From: Lophium mytilinum
Taxonomy: Eukaryota
Assembly (NCBI GenBank): GCA_010093605.1
Contig: MU004189.1
Span: forward strand, 565,834 to 629,833
Direction: 5' to 3'
DNA length: 64,000 nt
The position numbers were made by a program, and so were the translations under genes. Position 1 is the first letter of the stretch. Every line of letters starts with the position of its first letter. The notes below the pieces were generated by a model. That model saw only the letters and a list, made by a program, of their open reading frames with translations, was not told the origin of the DNA and searched no databases. Shown here piece after piece: positions 35,041 through 47,400 of the stretch.

Positions 35041-35990
35041 ATGGCCCCCAAGAAGAACAAGAAGACCGCTGACTCGTAAGCCTGCCTTGTCACGAAAGGT
35101 CGTTCAGCTCCATCCCAATCTAACTCGTAAAAAGGATCAACTCGCGCCTTGCGCTTGTGATGAAGTCTGGAAAGTAAGAAAAGCGCCTCTCAATTACACA
35201 AATCCCGGCCGTACAGTGGCTAACACAACTTCTTAGGGTTACTTTGGGCTACAAGTCGACACTCAAGTCGTACGTCTTAACCCCATTCCTGCTGATGCCG
35301 CAATACCCCATTCCCTACCCCTCCAGTACCAAACCATATCTACGACATACGACCCCTTCCCCCGTCTGAATACACGAAAAATCCCGCCCTCTCACTCCGC
35401 TACACGAACTCCGGAGACTCGTTATGTTCGTCCAGCACGCAGATCTCTAACACCCGTCCAGGCTTCGATCCGGAAAGGCTAAGCTTGTCATCATCGCCGG
35501 CAACAGCCCCCCACTGAGGAAGAGCGAGCTCGAATGTACGTTTTACTTCCAATTGCCCTCATGAGCGACTTTTATATCCCTTTAGTATCTCCCCGTGGCG
35601 AATCGAAATAGCTCATACAGTTACTAACTTTTTCCAGACTACAGCATGCTCTCCAAGACCTCCGTGCATCATTTCTCCGGCAACAACGTACGTCTACAAC
35701 CCTAATCCTGCCTCACGGCCTAACGACGGGGCCACTATCATGGTCGGTCCCCGAGGGCAAGCCCTGAGAAGATGTCTCTCCCCGCAGAGACTTCGGAGGG
35801 CTATGCATCATACTAACGCGCTGGATTATAAAGATCGAATTGGGCACTGCCTGCGGTAAACTCTTCCGCTGCTCGACCATGGCTATCTTGGATGCTGGTA
35901 AGTTGCAGAATATCTCTCGGTTTTAAGGATTCCGATTAGTACTAACACGGCCTAGGTGACTCCGACATCCTGAGCACGAGCACCGCATAA
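35041..35990 (+). CDS. RPL30: 60S ribosomal protein eL30; 7 exons, 109 aa (not in the ORF track)
   Basis: Exons 35041-35075, 35135-35173, 35237-35269, 35462-35535, 35638-35687, 35834-35897 and 35956-35990 (330 nt) translate to [109 protein letters not shown]. Confidence 0.97.
35761..35801 (+). promoter_or_regulatory. Kink-turn RNA hairpin in RPL30 intron 5 (putative eL30 binding site)
   Basis: GCCC-UGA-GA-AGAUGUCUCU-CCCCGC-AGAGACUUCG-GA-GGGC: 4-bp C-stem, 3-nt bulge, tandem G.A/A.G pairs, then a long NC stem. Confidence 0.75.
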
Positions 35991-36388
35991 ACGTGAGACG
36001 AGGGATGAGTGGGACCGGTTCTAGAAAACTTTTATGGCTCAATTGGAATGGTCAGCGGTGTTCGAGGCGCCGGCTTAAGTGCGGACGGCGTGATACCCGC
36101 CCTGCGGCATCAAGTTAGCGCTCATGAATCAAAAAGATCAGTAGTGCTCAGCACACAATTCACATCTTGTCGTGCTGCCTGCCACAATATCTTCCCAGGC
36201 AGTCGAAGTGAAACATTTCAGACTCAGCGCCGCAGTAACCACACTTCGGTTCGAGGACATCCAACTCGAAGCCCGTTAGGCGATCCATAGTCGCAAAGAA
36301 TACGGCCGATAGCAGCTCCCAAATGCCATCTCCAAGGGGCAAGCAGCAAAATAACCTTCCCCGAAGCACCCTTCACTACCCCCCATTC

Positions 36389-37264
36389 CTACCACGCGAC
36401 GCTGCTCATCCTCTCCCTCCGCCCCAACCTGCCCCCTTCCCTCCAATTCTCCTCCTGTGGTGGTGGCACAAACTTGACCCGCCCCTCGGCGGTATTCCCC
36501 TCACTAACCCTCCTCTCCCCCCTAACCCGCGGCACCTCCTCCCTCACCTCCTGAACCGGCCCTACACGACTCTCAAACCGTGGCGGCAAGTATAGCGGCG
36601 ACAAGCGCGCGGCGTCCACTGGCACAAATGTGGGCGACAGGCGGGTTATGTCCAGGAACTCGTGCGCTGTGAGCAGGTCGTTGTCCGAGTCGACGGTGGT
36701 GGCGGAGATGCGGCGGATCTCGGGGATTATGTAGTGCGTCGGGGGGAAGAGCGGGCGGGTCGTTGAGGAGCGGCGGCGGGTGGGGGTCGGAGAGTGGATG
36801 ATGTGCGGACTGGGTGGCGGAGAGGCGAAGAAGGGGTTTGTTGAGCTGCGTCTGGGCGGTGGGGAGTAGAGTGGAGCGTTGTGCATGGTGGCGAGGGTGC
36901 CGGGGTGGGGGAGGATGGGGCGGGGAGGGGTGGGCGCTTTGGGGGGCGTAGTTGGCGTTCGTGTCGATGTCGGGGATGACGACGTTCGGTTCGTTGAAAG
37001 GGAGGTCGAGGTGCGGATGCCGGGGAGTAGCTGCGGAGGAGTGGTGGCCCTGTCGGCTTGAGGTTGCAGGTGATATCGAGATGTCGATGATGATGCAGTT
37101 GGGCTTGCTTTGTATGGGTGCGGGCTGGTCGTCTTGTTTTTCGAGGGCGCAAAGCCGCAAAGCGCAAAACAGCCGTCGTCGTGGTTGGATGAGGTGGAAG
37201 GGGTTAGGGACGTTTTCCTTCGCCGGACGGGCAGCGCGCGCGATACGGCCGGGCCGTCTAGCAT
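36389..37264 (-). CDS. Hypothetical Pro/Ser/Thr-rich protein
   Basis: 291-codon ORF starting at ATG, mostly low complexity, with a more ordered block IPEIRRISATT..LLTAHEFL. Confidence 0.5.
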   Translation of the reverse strand: MLDGPAVSRALPVRRRKTSLTPSTSSNHDDGCFALCGFAPSKNKTTSPHPYKASPTASSSTSRYHLQPQADRATTPPQLLPGIRTSTSLSTNRTSSSPTSTRTPTTPPKAPTPPRPILPHPGTLATMHNAPLYSPPPRRSSTNPFFASPPPSPHIIHSPTPTRRRSSTTRPLFPPTHYIIPEIRRISATTVDSDNDLLTAHEFLDITRLSPTFVPVDAARLSPLYLPPRFESRVGPVQEVREEVPRVRGERRVSEGNTAEGRVKFVPPPQEENWREGGRLGRRERMSSVAW

Positions 37265-37750
37265 GAAGAGATCGGGGAGTGAAGTTCCTCCTGGGTGTGT
37301 ACGCTGGTGTCGATATTCATATAGGACTTTTAGAGATTCGCCATAGGACTTGTAGATGGCAAAGCAGATGTGTAGGGGAGGGTGCTGGATCAGGTGGCAC
37401 TTGTGATTCAGGAAAGAGCAGCTGGAGTCAAATCAGCTTGAGCAGAGTGAGACTCTTGTTGACCGCATGGTGAGTGGTAATGCTCCTTCCGGTATAACTG
37501 AGACACGACCGAAGCTTCTTTCACCATCGCGATGAGTAGATGGTAGTGTTACAGAAGAAGAGACAGCTTAAGGGTGGGTCGGCCGAACCCATAATGGAAG
37601 ATAACTATTGACTATAAGAATAAGAGACAAATCCTTGTTGCTCGTATCCACCTAGTGTCAAAGACGACGGACGTAAAAGCGTAACGAAATCTTCCTTTTC
37701 CACCAGATCAGCGATCGCGTCACCCTATTGAGATTATGCAGATGCAACAC

Positions 37751-38543
37751 TCAGCACGTGTTCAACATGCTCGTCAACGCGGACTTCTCCGCCGACGTGA
37801 TAGTCAGATCGTAGACGTACTTGACCTTTACCCACATCTTTGCGTAGGTGCAATAGTACGAGGCTGAAAAATATGCTGTTAGCTTGGAATGCTCGCCTAT
37901 GGGTTCGTGAACAAAAGGACTTACTCAGAGGAGGCTTCCAGTCCTCAGGTCCACTGTCACTCTTGGCTTCGTTGACGTTATCTGTTACAGCAAGCAGTTG
38001 AGGGTTAGTCAGGTCGTTGGCGAATGCCTGACGTTGCGCGGTAGTCCATGAAGCGGCACCAGACTGGAGACAGTTATAACTTTATGTTTCTTAACTGAAT
38101 GCTGGGAAGGACTAAGCTCACCTTCCAAGCGTTCGAGAGGGGGACGAGATGGTCGATGTCCAAGTCACTAGCCGCTGTCCACGTAGCTCCATCGTAGGGA
38201 GAGTACCATGAGCCACTTGTAGAAGCACAGGCAGAGTTCGTGACGACACTAGTGCCGTCGCGCTTGAGGACAGTTTCTCGTGTGTTGCAGGTACTGTATT
38301 GTTAGACGATTTGATGAAAATAGGGAATTGAATGCATTACCCGCTTATGGTGATCCAGTGAGGGAACAGGTCTCGAGAGTATCCGTCCTGCGAGCCCTGA
38401 GCCGCAACGGTCAGGGCAGCCAAATTGCTCTTAGCAGTCGCCTTGGTAGGGACGCCAGGTGGTGAAGGAGCTGGAGCAGGTGCAGGCAGCGCGTGGACTA
38501 CGGACGAGCCCGCAAGAAGACCAATGGCAAGAAGCATCTTCAT
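37751..38543 (-). CDS. Secreted DUF1524/HNH-type extracellular nuclease; 4 exons
   Basis: Signal peptide; GYSRDLFPHW, CNTRETVLKRDG, WYSPYDG, LDIDHLVPLSNAW, FANDL..PQLLAVTDNVN and YAKMWVKVK. Three GT-AG introns. Confidence 0.9.
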
Positions 38544-39398
38544 GTTTGCGGGGGAATTTCTGACAATCGAGGCCCAACCTTGAAATCAGATGCTGATCTT
38601 GGCTGGCTGGAGAAAAGTGATACCACGATCTTCGCCACCTTTAAATAATACTTCACTGTCGGAAGCTCCCGCGATTCTGGAATGAATATTAGTAGTTGCA
38701 GGCTAACGATAGCAACGCATCCGAGCGTATCCTGAAATACAGGCTCCATTATAGCGACGACGAGATCAAAGTGGAAGGTCCAGGGAGATGCCAAGAGTGA
38801 TATGCAAGGCGCGTAGAGACTGTGTTCCTGAGTAGTGAATGGAGCTGCTCCATTTGGTGTCCGGGACCGCCCTTTATGCAAGGACAGCGTGCTTGGCGAG
38901 ATCGTTGGAGGGGTTCAGAGGCGGGATATTGGAGTGGAGGGCGCGGTAGGCGACACGATGGGCGGGGATCTCTTATCATTCGTTCTGGGGTGCAGATCGC
39001 CTTCGGGTGTTATTTCATGGTCCCTGCCCGAAACACAAGCTTCGTGATGCGCACTAGAACATTTATGCCCTGTCTGCCGTCGGGCCGATGCCGTGATCTG
39101 TAGGAGAGTGCCAGGTAAGGTCAATATGATTGCAGCCATGTGCCAGTCGAATAAGGCTCAATCCTCCGATTCGACGGCCGTTGTTTATTCCACCCCATAC
39201 CGTGGACTGATGCCGCATTTTTCTTTCTCCACAGATTTGATATTGAACTTGGCATGACTAAAAGCATCTCGTGGACGGGGTATAGGTACCTAGTAATCCT
39301 ACAAAATTCTGCCCGGATATTTCTCTAATGCGCCAGGTGCTCCAGATAGCGCCTCTGATTGATTGAACCACGCGTGTTGTCCTTGCCAGGGCTTGCCA

Positions 39399-41144
39399 CT
39401 ACTCGTCGCTTAGAGTGAAATCGAAGTCCTTGAACGCCGACTTGAACGCCGCAACATCCGCTTCCTCCTGCACATGCGTCTGTCCACAATCGTGCCAGTC
39501 GATACGCTGCTCCAACCCCAGAAGCTTGGCCAAAACTCTTCGTCCGAACTGTAGGTCGAACCTGAATGATGCATCCAGGGGAAGCACGAGGCTTGTTTCC
39601 TTGCCCTCGCTAGCATCACCTTCCGAACTAGACCAGATGACGACTCTGAAGAAGTCATTGGATTCCTCGAAGCCGTCGCCAACATCCCTGGCTTCGAACT
39701 TCGGGTATTTCTGATTCTCAGCTTCCACCTTGAAGGCGGCCTCTACTAAGCCCCGGCGAACAAGATCTGCTGATACCGGAAGAAATTGCCAATGAGTGTG
39801 GACGCCGCCTGATCTACTGACTTCCCAAGTGACTGACCCCAGCTCTGATCCGGTCAGGGAGATGAGCATGTTGTGGATGGCGTTGCGATATTTGTTCATC
39901 TCTTTGTAAGTTCCATGGCGAGACTCTTCTTCGATAGACGCCAAGGTAGCTTCGTGGGTTAGTGGAATGATAAGTATGTGACATGGGAACGCCAATTTGG
40001 GAAATGTTTGTCCGGTGCTAAGTGGTCCTTTAGCCGTCGTTAGATACGCGTTGTCGCCGATTGAGGTTATAAGGTGAGTTGCCAGATTGGGATTCGAAAG
40101 ACAGAAAAAACATTCGCCAGCTGTAGGAGGTGCCCGACGACGCTTGTTTCCTCGGCCGTGGCCGCTGTCAGCAAAGCGAAAAGACGACGCCTGACTCGGC
40201 TGCGCAGGCCGCTTTTTACCCGCCATAGATAGCGGCGAAGCAGTTGCCCCAGCGGGTACGGCTACAGGCGAAGCGGCAGTTGGATCTAGTGAGAAGGCGT
40301 ATATCCACTTCTGCTTCTTTGGGTTTCCGAATGGAGCCATGCTGAAGAAGCGAGTGATTGGGAACGTGTCCGGTGATTCCTCGGTTGGTGTGTGGAAGAA
40401 CGGCTCCCGCTCGAAGAAAGTGTCCATAGAAATGGAGAAATGATAGCGCGGCTTTAGTGTCGAACTTAGATCGGCAATGCATTGTTGAGATGGTGGCTCT
40501 CCTAGGTCAGACTGGAACTCGAGCTTCGACCCCGTCCTGATGCCTGCTGGCCATTCGCTAGTCACTAGGATATCGGCTGTATTGGCTCCACGCAATGCTC
40601 GCGCATCCCCCTCGCCATAGAACGGTGGGTATTTGTCTTTCGACGCACCACCAATGATGTTAGGGTCTAGGTTCCCACCAAGGGCCACAATGCGGATGCC
40701 CTCAGAGGTCTTGATGGTAGTTCGCTTGCCGAGGAAATAGAGATTAGAACACAATTCACCAGCAGAGCTTTCCAACTTCTCAATGACGTTTTCGGGGAGA
40801 CCTTGTTTGCCAAGAGCAAAGTAAACTGGGAGGGGGATATCAATGTTTCCTTGGATGAGGGACTGCGCGTTATCCCGATCTTGCGATGTAGCTGTTACGG
40901 GGTCCGCAAAGAGGTCCCCTACGATTATTGCAAGTGAGAAGGCGTTTTTAGCATGCAGGGCTGATATTTTGCTGAAAACGGCTGGAAATTGGCCGTAAAC
41001 ACCACCAACCACGAGACTGTATTTGTTAGAAAGCTCACTGTAAGACTATACGCAGGAACGAAACAAAAGAAGAATGACAAGAAAATGATGTATATTAAAA
41101 GAGGGATCAACAAGGCATAATTGCACTCACATCTTCGAGGCCAT
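39399..41144 (-). CDS. DRN1: CWF19L1/Drn1-like protein (pseudo-metallophosphoesterase plus CwfJ domains)
   Basis: MASKI|LVVGG with intron 41130-41017; LKPRYHF, FFEREPF, CFFCLSNP, AKGPL, HTHWQ and QFGRRVLA. Confidence 0.9.
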
Positions 41145-41400
41145 ACTGAATCTTTACTTAAGGTCACCGAGTGAGGCTTAGAGGCTGGTCAATCGCTCAT
41201 CTGTGATACATTGTAATGGTGAGAGATGGCTAGGCGGATGTCTAAGTTCAAGTATTGTGGTGAATCAACGTCAAGTTTTCTGGTGGTGGTCGTAGCGCGC
41301 TTGCAGGGATCCTCGATCAGGGATGGCGCGAAATCTTGGCATCCATCTTTTTTTTGGACTTGACGCCGCGGGCATGAATCTTGACAGCCAAACCGCAAAG

Positions 41401-44400
41401 ATGGCCATAATGTCGCGAGGCCGGCCAGAAAAGCCCTTCCGGCCGAAGAATACGAAAGGCGGAACCCCTTCCTCTCGAAAACATCACTTCGAATCCTTCT
41501 CTCAGCGCATTGCAAAGCTCAACATCGACCCAGTCCGCCGAGTCCGCCGCCCCACCGACGACGACGGAGACGTTACTGCGAACTTCTCATACTTCAAGAC
41601 CTCCTTGGACGACTGGAGGGACCGCAACATCTCCGAAGGCTTTACCAAATTCTCCCGAGAAGTCAACTCTCTCTCCGAAAGCCTCCCGCAAATCCTACAC
41701 CATGGGGACCGCATCCTGGATATATTGCTGGAATACATTGAGAAGGGGGATATCTGGAGTTTGGAACCGCTCTTGAGCCTTGTGGGCCACTTTGCGCATG
41801 ATCTGGGTGTTCGATTCGAGAAACACTTTGCGCGGACAGTGTCGACTGTTTCCCAGCTTGCTGCCGCCCGACAAGAACCTGAGATTATCGAATGGAGCTT
41901 TACATGCCTGGCATGGCTCTTCAAGTATCTTTCGCGGCTTCTCGTACCTGATTTGCGACCCCTTTTCGATCTCATGGCACCGTTGCTCGGAAAACGACAA
42001 CAGAAATATTTCGTGATGAGGTTCGCCGCCGAATCTCTAAGCTTTCTATTCCGGAAAGCAGCAGCATCATATCACAGGGATAAAGCCCCACTGGAAAATA
42101 TCTTCGAACATATCGTCAAAGATTTGCAGAGCTTTTCGGACCAAAAGAACATCGATCAGTATAAGCAAGGCCTGATGGTGCTCATCACGGAGTCCGTAAA
42201 AGGTGTACAGAACGGAGTACATTCAGGTGGTCAAGTCATCGTGCAGGAACTGATGAGTCAAAGCTACGCTTCGCTCAAATCTAGCGAGTATCAAGAGTTG
42301 TCTTCATCTATTGAGGATGTTCTGAAAGGCGTGGTGACTGCGCTGATTCATCACACCAACTCCACTACCTTCAAACCTCTTCTTACTGCAGTTCTCGGGC
42401 AGATCAGGCTTCATGACTCTCCGGAAAGAGAGGACTGCATCCGACTCTCCGCTCAGCTGATCTTCTTGGTCTCTGGAGTGCGGAAAGGTAATCGTGTTGA
42501 GGATTGGAAAGACGTTCTAGAGACCCTAGATTCTATCACCGCTGGAATTGAAGAAAATCGGTATAAAACAGCCTCCGCCGACGTGCTAAGTGCGTATGCG
42601 GTTGTCTTTCAGAGCTGCCCTCTAGAATCATCAATATCCCACCTCGGAGTTCTTGAACGCTTCACAACTGAACCTTGGGAGTCTCATTTTTTGCCATTTT
42701 GCATGTTCTTTGCGAAATTGGGCCCCGAGCGATTTGGGACCTTGGTGTTGCCGCATTTTAGAAGGTATGCATTAACGTATCTGAACACGAGCATGAACTA
42801 ACGCGAGACTAGATTCATTGCTTCAAAGTGGCAGACCTATGGTGATGAACTGTGTGTTATATTGCCTCGCCTAGCACAAAGCTCGGCCGTCCCATCTCAA
42901 AGCTTGAAGTGCCCCCTTGATTGGCAAGAACATGCGGTCACCCTATTAAACACAGTTGCCGAGACCACCCATATACACGAGGATGTGCTTGTCTATAAAT
43001 TTAATGGCTTCATTTCCGCAAGTCAGACTCTGGTAATAAGTTCTTCTCACAAGGAGAATATCTTAAAATTTCTGTCGAGTCTTTTCAACCGAGTGTTACA
43101 TTCGCCCCAATCTAGCACCGAATCGCCGAGAAACATATTCGCTCTCGGCACCGGCTTCTCGTACCTGATTGAAAACGGTCACGATTTTGAATCACTCCAG
43201 GGTCAATGGCAACCGCTATGTTCCTCGTCCGCAAGCTATGAGAATCATGTGCATTATTGGCAAGCACTTCTCTCGCTGATAACCAAGGCACCAAAGGCCT
43301 TGGACTTCAAAGGCCCGCATATGGACATCTTGAAAGCTGCCTTGTTGCCATGTCTTGGATCACCCTCTCACGCTTTACGGCTGGCAGCATTGGAAGTACT
43401 TAGTGTTATTGTTTCAACTCTGCAAGACGAAATATCCGAGATACTATCCACGGCTATTCTGATCGAAGAAAGTCCTATCGGTATAGAAACATCACGCTCA
43501 CTATCTATGAATATGAGAAAGCTAGCCACCACTTACAAATCCGTGGCTTCGGACCCTTGGCTTTCAACAGCGATCCCACATTTCTGCTTTGGGCTTCTGC
43601 ATGTTAAGTTCACCCAACTCTGGGATGATTCATGCTCAGCCTTGAAAGAAATGTGCGCGACTAGCGAAGGAGAAGCGGCAGTCTCACAAATTGCGTTTGC
43701 CTGGCTGGAAAGCATTCCCGACCACCCGGAAGTCCAAACTCCGAAAGACGATGAGGCCAAGTCTACAGCGCGCATGTCTGAGTTTGAATGCAGCAATGTC
43801 AATCATCTAAGCATTGTCATCGAGGATTCGCAGAAAATCCATGACGAAGCTTCTTCGCAGCTAAAAGACCTCTTCGATACCCAGCACCAACCGGTTCATT
43901 TGATTTCTCCTGCAAATAGAACTCAAGCACTTCGCGTTCTTAATGCAATTCCACAGGTCGCTGAGAAACGATCAAGACTCTTAGTCCCTGTACTTCTCGA
44001 CTGGGTATCACATACGGATCCGCATGCTCACTTAGAAAGCCCCGAGGATGATGCCGTGGGCGTCGAAGATGCGCAGCCACTTCGATGGGCTCGAAAAGAA
44101 CAAAAAGCTATGCTTTTGCTGTTCGCGCAATTCGTTAATCCCAAGGTCTTGTACAAGTCGAACGAAGTCTACTCAACGCTCCTTTCTCTTCTCGAAAATG
44201 GAGACGTTGAAATCCAAAAGTCCGCTCTCAAGGCTATTCTGACGTGGAAAAACGCTGCAGTCAACCGTTACGAGGAGAATCTTTTCAATCTCCTGGACGA
44301 GGCCCGATTCCGGGAGCAGATCTCTGTATTTCTAGATATTGGCAACGATGAAGATAATATCCAAGAAGACCACCGTGAAGCGCTTCTTCCCATCATACTA

Positions 44401-47400
44401 CGACTGCTCTTTGGCAGAGTCGTTAGTCGATCTGGGTCAGCAAGCGGAAAACGAGGCCAAGAATCCCGACGAAAGGCCGTTTTCATAGCCTTGACAAGAT
44501 TAGGAGAGGGCTCCACCGCTCAGTTTTTGGATATTGCTCTTAGCCATCTCAAGGACATTTCAATTGCCCAGAACGAAGTTCTCAGCGAAGAGATTATCAG
44601 ACAAGACATCCTGGAACCCAGGAAGCATTTTGGGCTCCTAAACATGTTCGAAGACTTCATCAGCACTCTTCAAGCTACGGTTCTGCCATATGTCCCAAGA
44701 ATAGTGGATCCTCTACTATACTGCTTGATTCGGGCTAGCCGTGGTATCAGTGAACACGACGTCGGAGTTTCTCTTCCTCAGCATTCTCCATTGTCACTGC
44801 TCAAATCTATTAGACAAGTAGGATTCCACTCTCTGAATATGCTTTTCGAAAGCTGTTCAGATTTCGCTTGGAAACCCTATGTGCCTGTTATAATCCAGGA
44901 GCTAGTCGAACCAAGGCTAGAACGACTACCCAACGAGACAGCCCACTCCATTTCTGGGCTTCTCAGACTATTCTCGGTCTGGGCCAAGTCACTCTCGACC
45001 GCATTGTTTCTCGTCAATAACAATCCCGATGTCTTAACTAAGATTCTGGAATGCCTTGAGGTTCCTTCCGCGAAAGACGAGGTCAAGCTATTCGTGCTGA
45101 ATGATATCTTGCGCAGTATTGTTAAGCTTGTCGACATCGGTAACGAGGTATCCACTGCCAATGCGGACGACTTGAGGGATGAAGTCCGAGTTCGAATCCT
45201 CGAGCCATATTCCAACACGTTCTTGACTCAGATTGGAAATCTACTCCGAAAAAGCCCCAGTAAAGATCTTTTGGAGACTGCTGTTGGCTGTGTCGCCGAT
45301 CTGGCACCATTCGTCGTCGGTTCCTCCGAGTCACAAAACTTGATTGAGATAGCAACTTTCCTTCTACGTCAACCTACCAAGCGTGTCAACCCACAAACCA
45401 AAGGAACTCTGCTGAAGATCCTCCACGAGTTCATTCCTCGGTGTGATCTTGCGGCCACAGGTATATTTGACGACATATTTAGTGTTACAAGCTCGCTGTT
45501 CGCCTTCTTTAAGGATCGGCCAAACAGACAAGTCCTTTGCGCTATAATGAAAGATTTATCCGGAAGCCATTTCGATCTGCAGGAGGTTGCGGATATCTGT
45601 ACGGGACTTAATTCTTTCTCCATTGATAGACTCGATGAACCCGACTTTGAACGACGATCTCGAGCCTTCGGCGTAGTTAACGAAGAACATTATTCCTCCT
45701 ATACAGTCAGGCAATGGCGCCCACTGGTCTTCAACATGCTGTACTACATCAAAGACAGCGAAGAATTGAGTATTCGGGTTAATGCGTCATACTCCCTTCG
45801 ACGTTTCATCGAAGCTGCTTCCACAGACAGCAATAGTAGCTCTATTGATGACTTCAAAGGTCTGATATCGGAAACTATCCTCCCAGGGCTCCAACAAGGC
45901 TTTCGTGAGCATTCTGAGCTGGTCAGATCGGAGTACCTCTCGGTTCTTGCGCAGCTAGTACGGCGCTTCCCAACTTGGTCTCCTGTTTCTGATCTCCACA
46001 TTCTTCTAGCAGGAGATGATGACGAAGCTTCTTTCTTTACGAATGTGCTACATATTCAGCAGCACCGACGATCTAGGGCACTTCGAAGGCTCGCAACTGA
46101 GGCTCAAACCGGCCAAATTGGTAGTGGCAACTTAGCGCACCTCTTCATACCGCTCATCGAGCATTTCATCTTCGATAAGTCGGATGATGAAAGTGCCCAC
46201 AATCTTGCAGGAGAGGCGATACGAACCATCAGTTCGCTTGCCCAATATCTTGAATGGCCGCAGTACAGAGCTCTTCTTGTCCGATTTTCGAGCTATATCA
46301 AGAGCAAAGAGGACATGGAGAAGACCGTCATAAGACTCGTTGGAGGTATCATGGATGCGCTCAGTCATGCTGGGATTTCCAAGGGATACATCGAGCCTCG
46401 ATCAACACCTGAAGCCAAAGAAGTAGATCCTCCGATTACCACAGATGCGGACCCGGCCAATGGTATTGATGCAGAGATTGCTATTACACTCAGTCTACCG
46501 CAAACTAAACTAGCAATGACTCTTCCAGCCCAGGGAAAGCTTTCGCATGACCTTCTCTCAAACATTCTTCCATCCCTGATGGACTTTCTGAACAAGAAAG
46601 ACGAGTCCACTGTTAGCCTTCGTGTTCCGATCGCTGTTGCGGTAACTAAGGTTCTCCGCGTATTGCCTCCCGATCAGTTTGCGGAAAAGCTGCCTTCCGT
46701 TCTTTTGGACGTTTGCCACATCTTGAAAAGTAAATCGCAAGACGCCCGAGACATGACAAGAAACACTTTAGGCGAGATTGCGACTCTGATTGGACCCACT
46801 TACTTTGGTTTTATCCTCAAAGCCTTGCGAGGTGCTCTTCAACGGGGTTATCAGCTGCATGTTCTCTCCTTCACAATGCATACACTTTTGAACAAGATTT
46901 CAACTCCTACTGATGACCTTGCTTATCAACTGGCTCCTGGAGATCTCGACTACTGCCTACGAGACATTGTAGCGATCATCATGGACGATATCTTTGGTGT
47001 TACTGGACAAGAGAAGGATGCAGAGGAATATATCAGTAAGATGCGAGAAGTGAAAAGTAGCAAGAGTTTCGACTCTATGGAGCTCATCGCGAAGGGGACA
47101 ACGCTGAATCATCTCGTTGACCTGGTCCGGCCAATCATGGCGCTGCTTCTGGAGAAGCTGAACATCAAGATGGCTCGAAAGATTGACGAGCTACTCCGCC
47201 GAATAGGCTTGGGTATACAGCTGAACGCCGCCGTCAAGAACCGAGATATCCTAGTGTTCTGCTACCAGCTGATCCAAGAAGTCAACGATATGCAGCACCA
47301 ATCTAGTACACCGGACGATGATGAGCGGACGAAAAGGTATCTCATAACTATGAAGTCGTCCCGTGGTTCAGGAAAGGGCGCAAGGGCCTCTCATTTCTAC

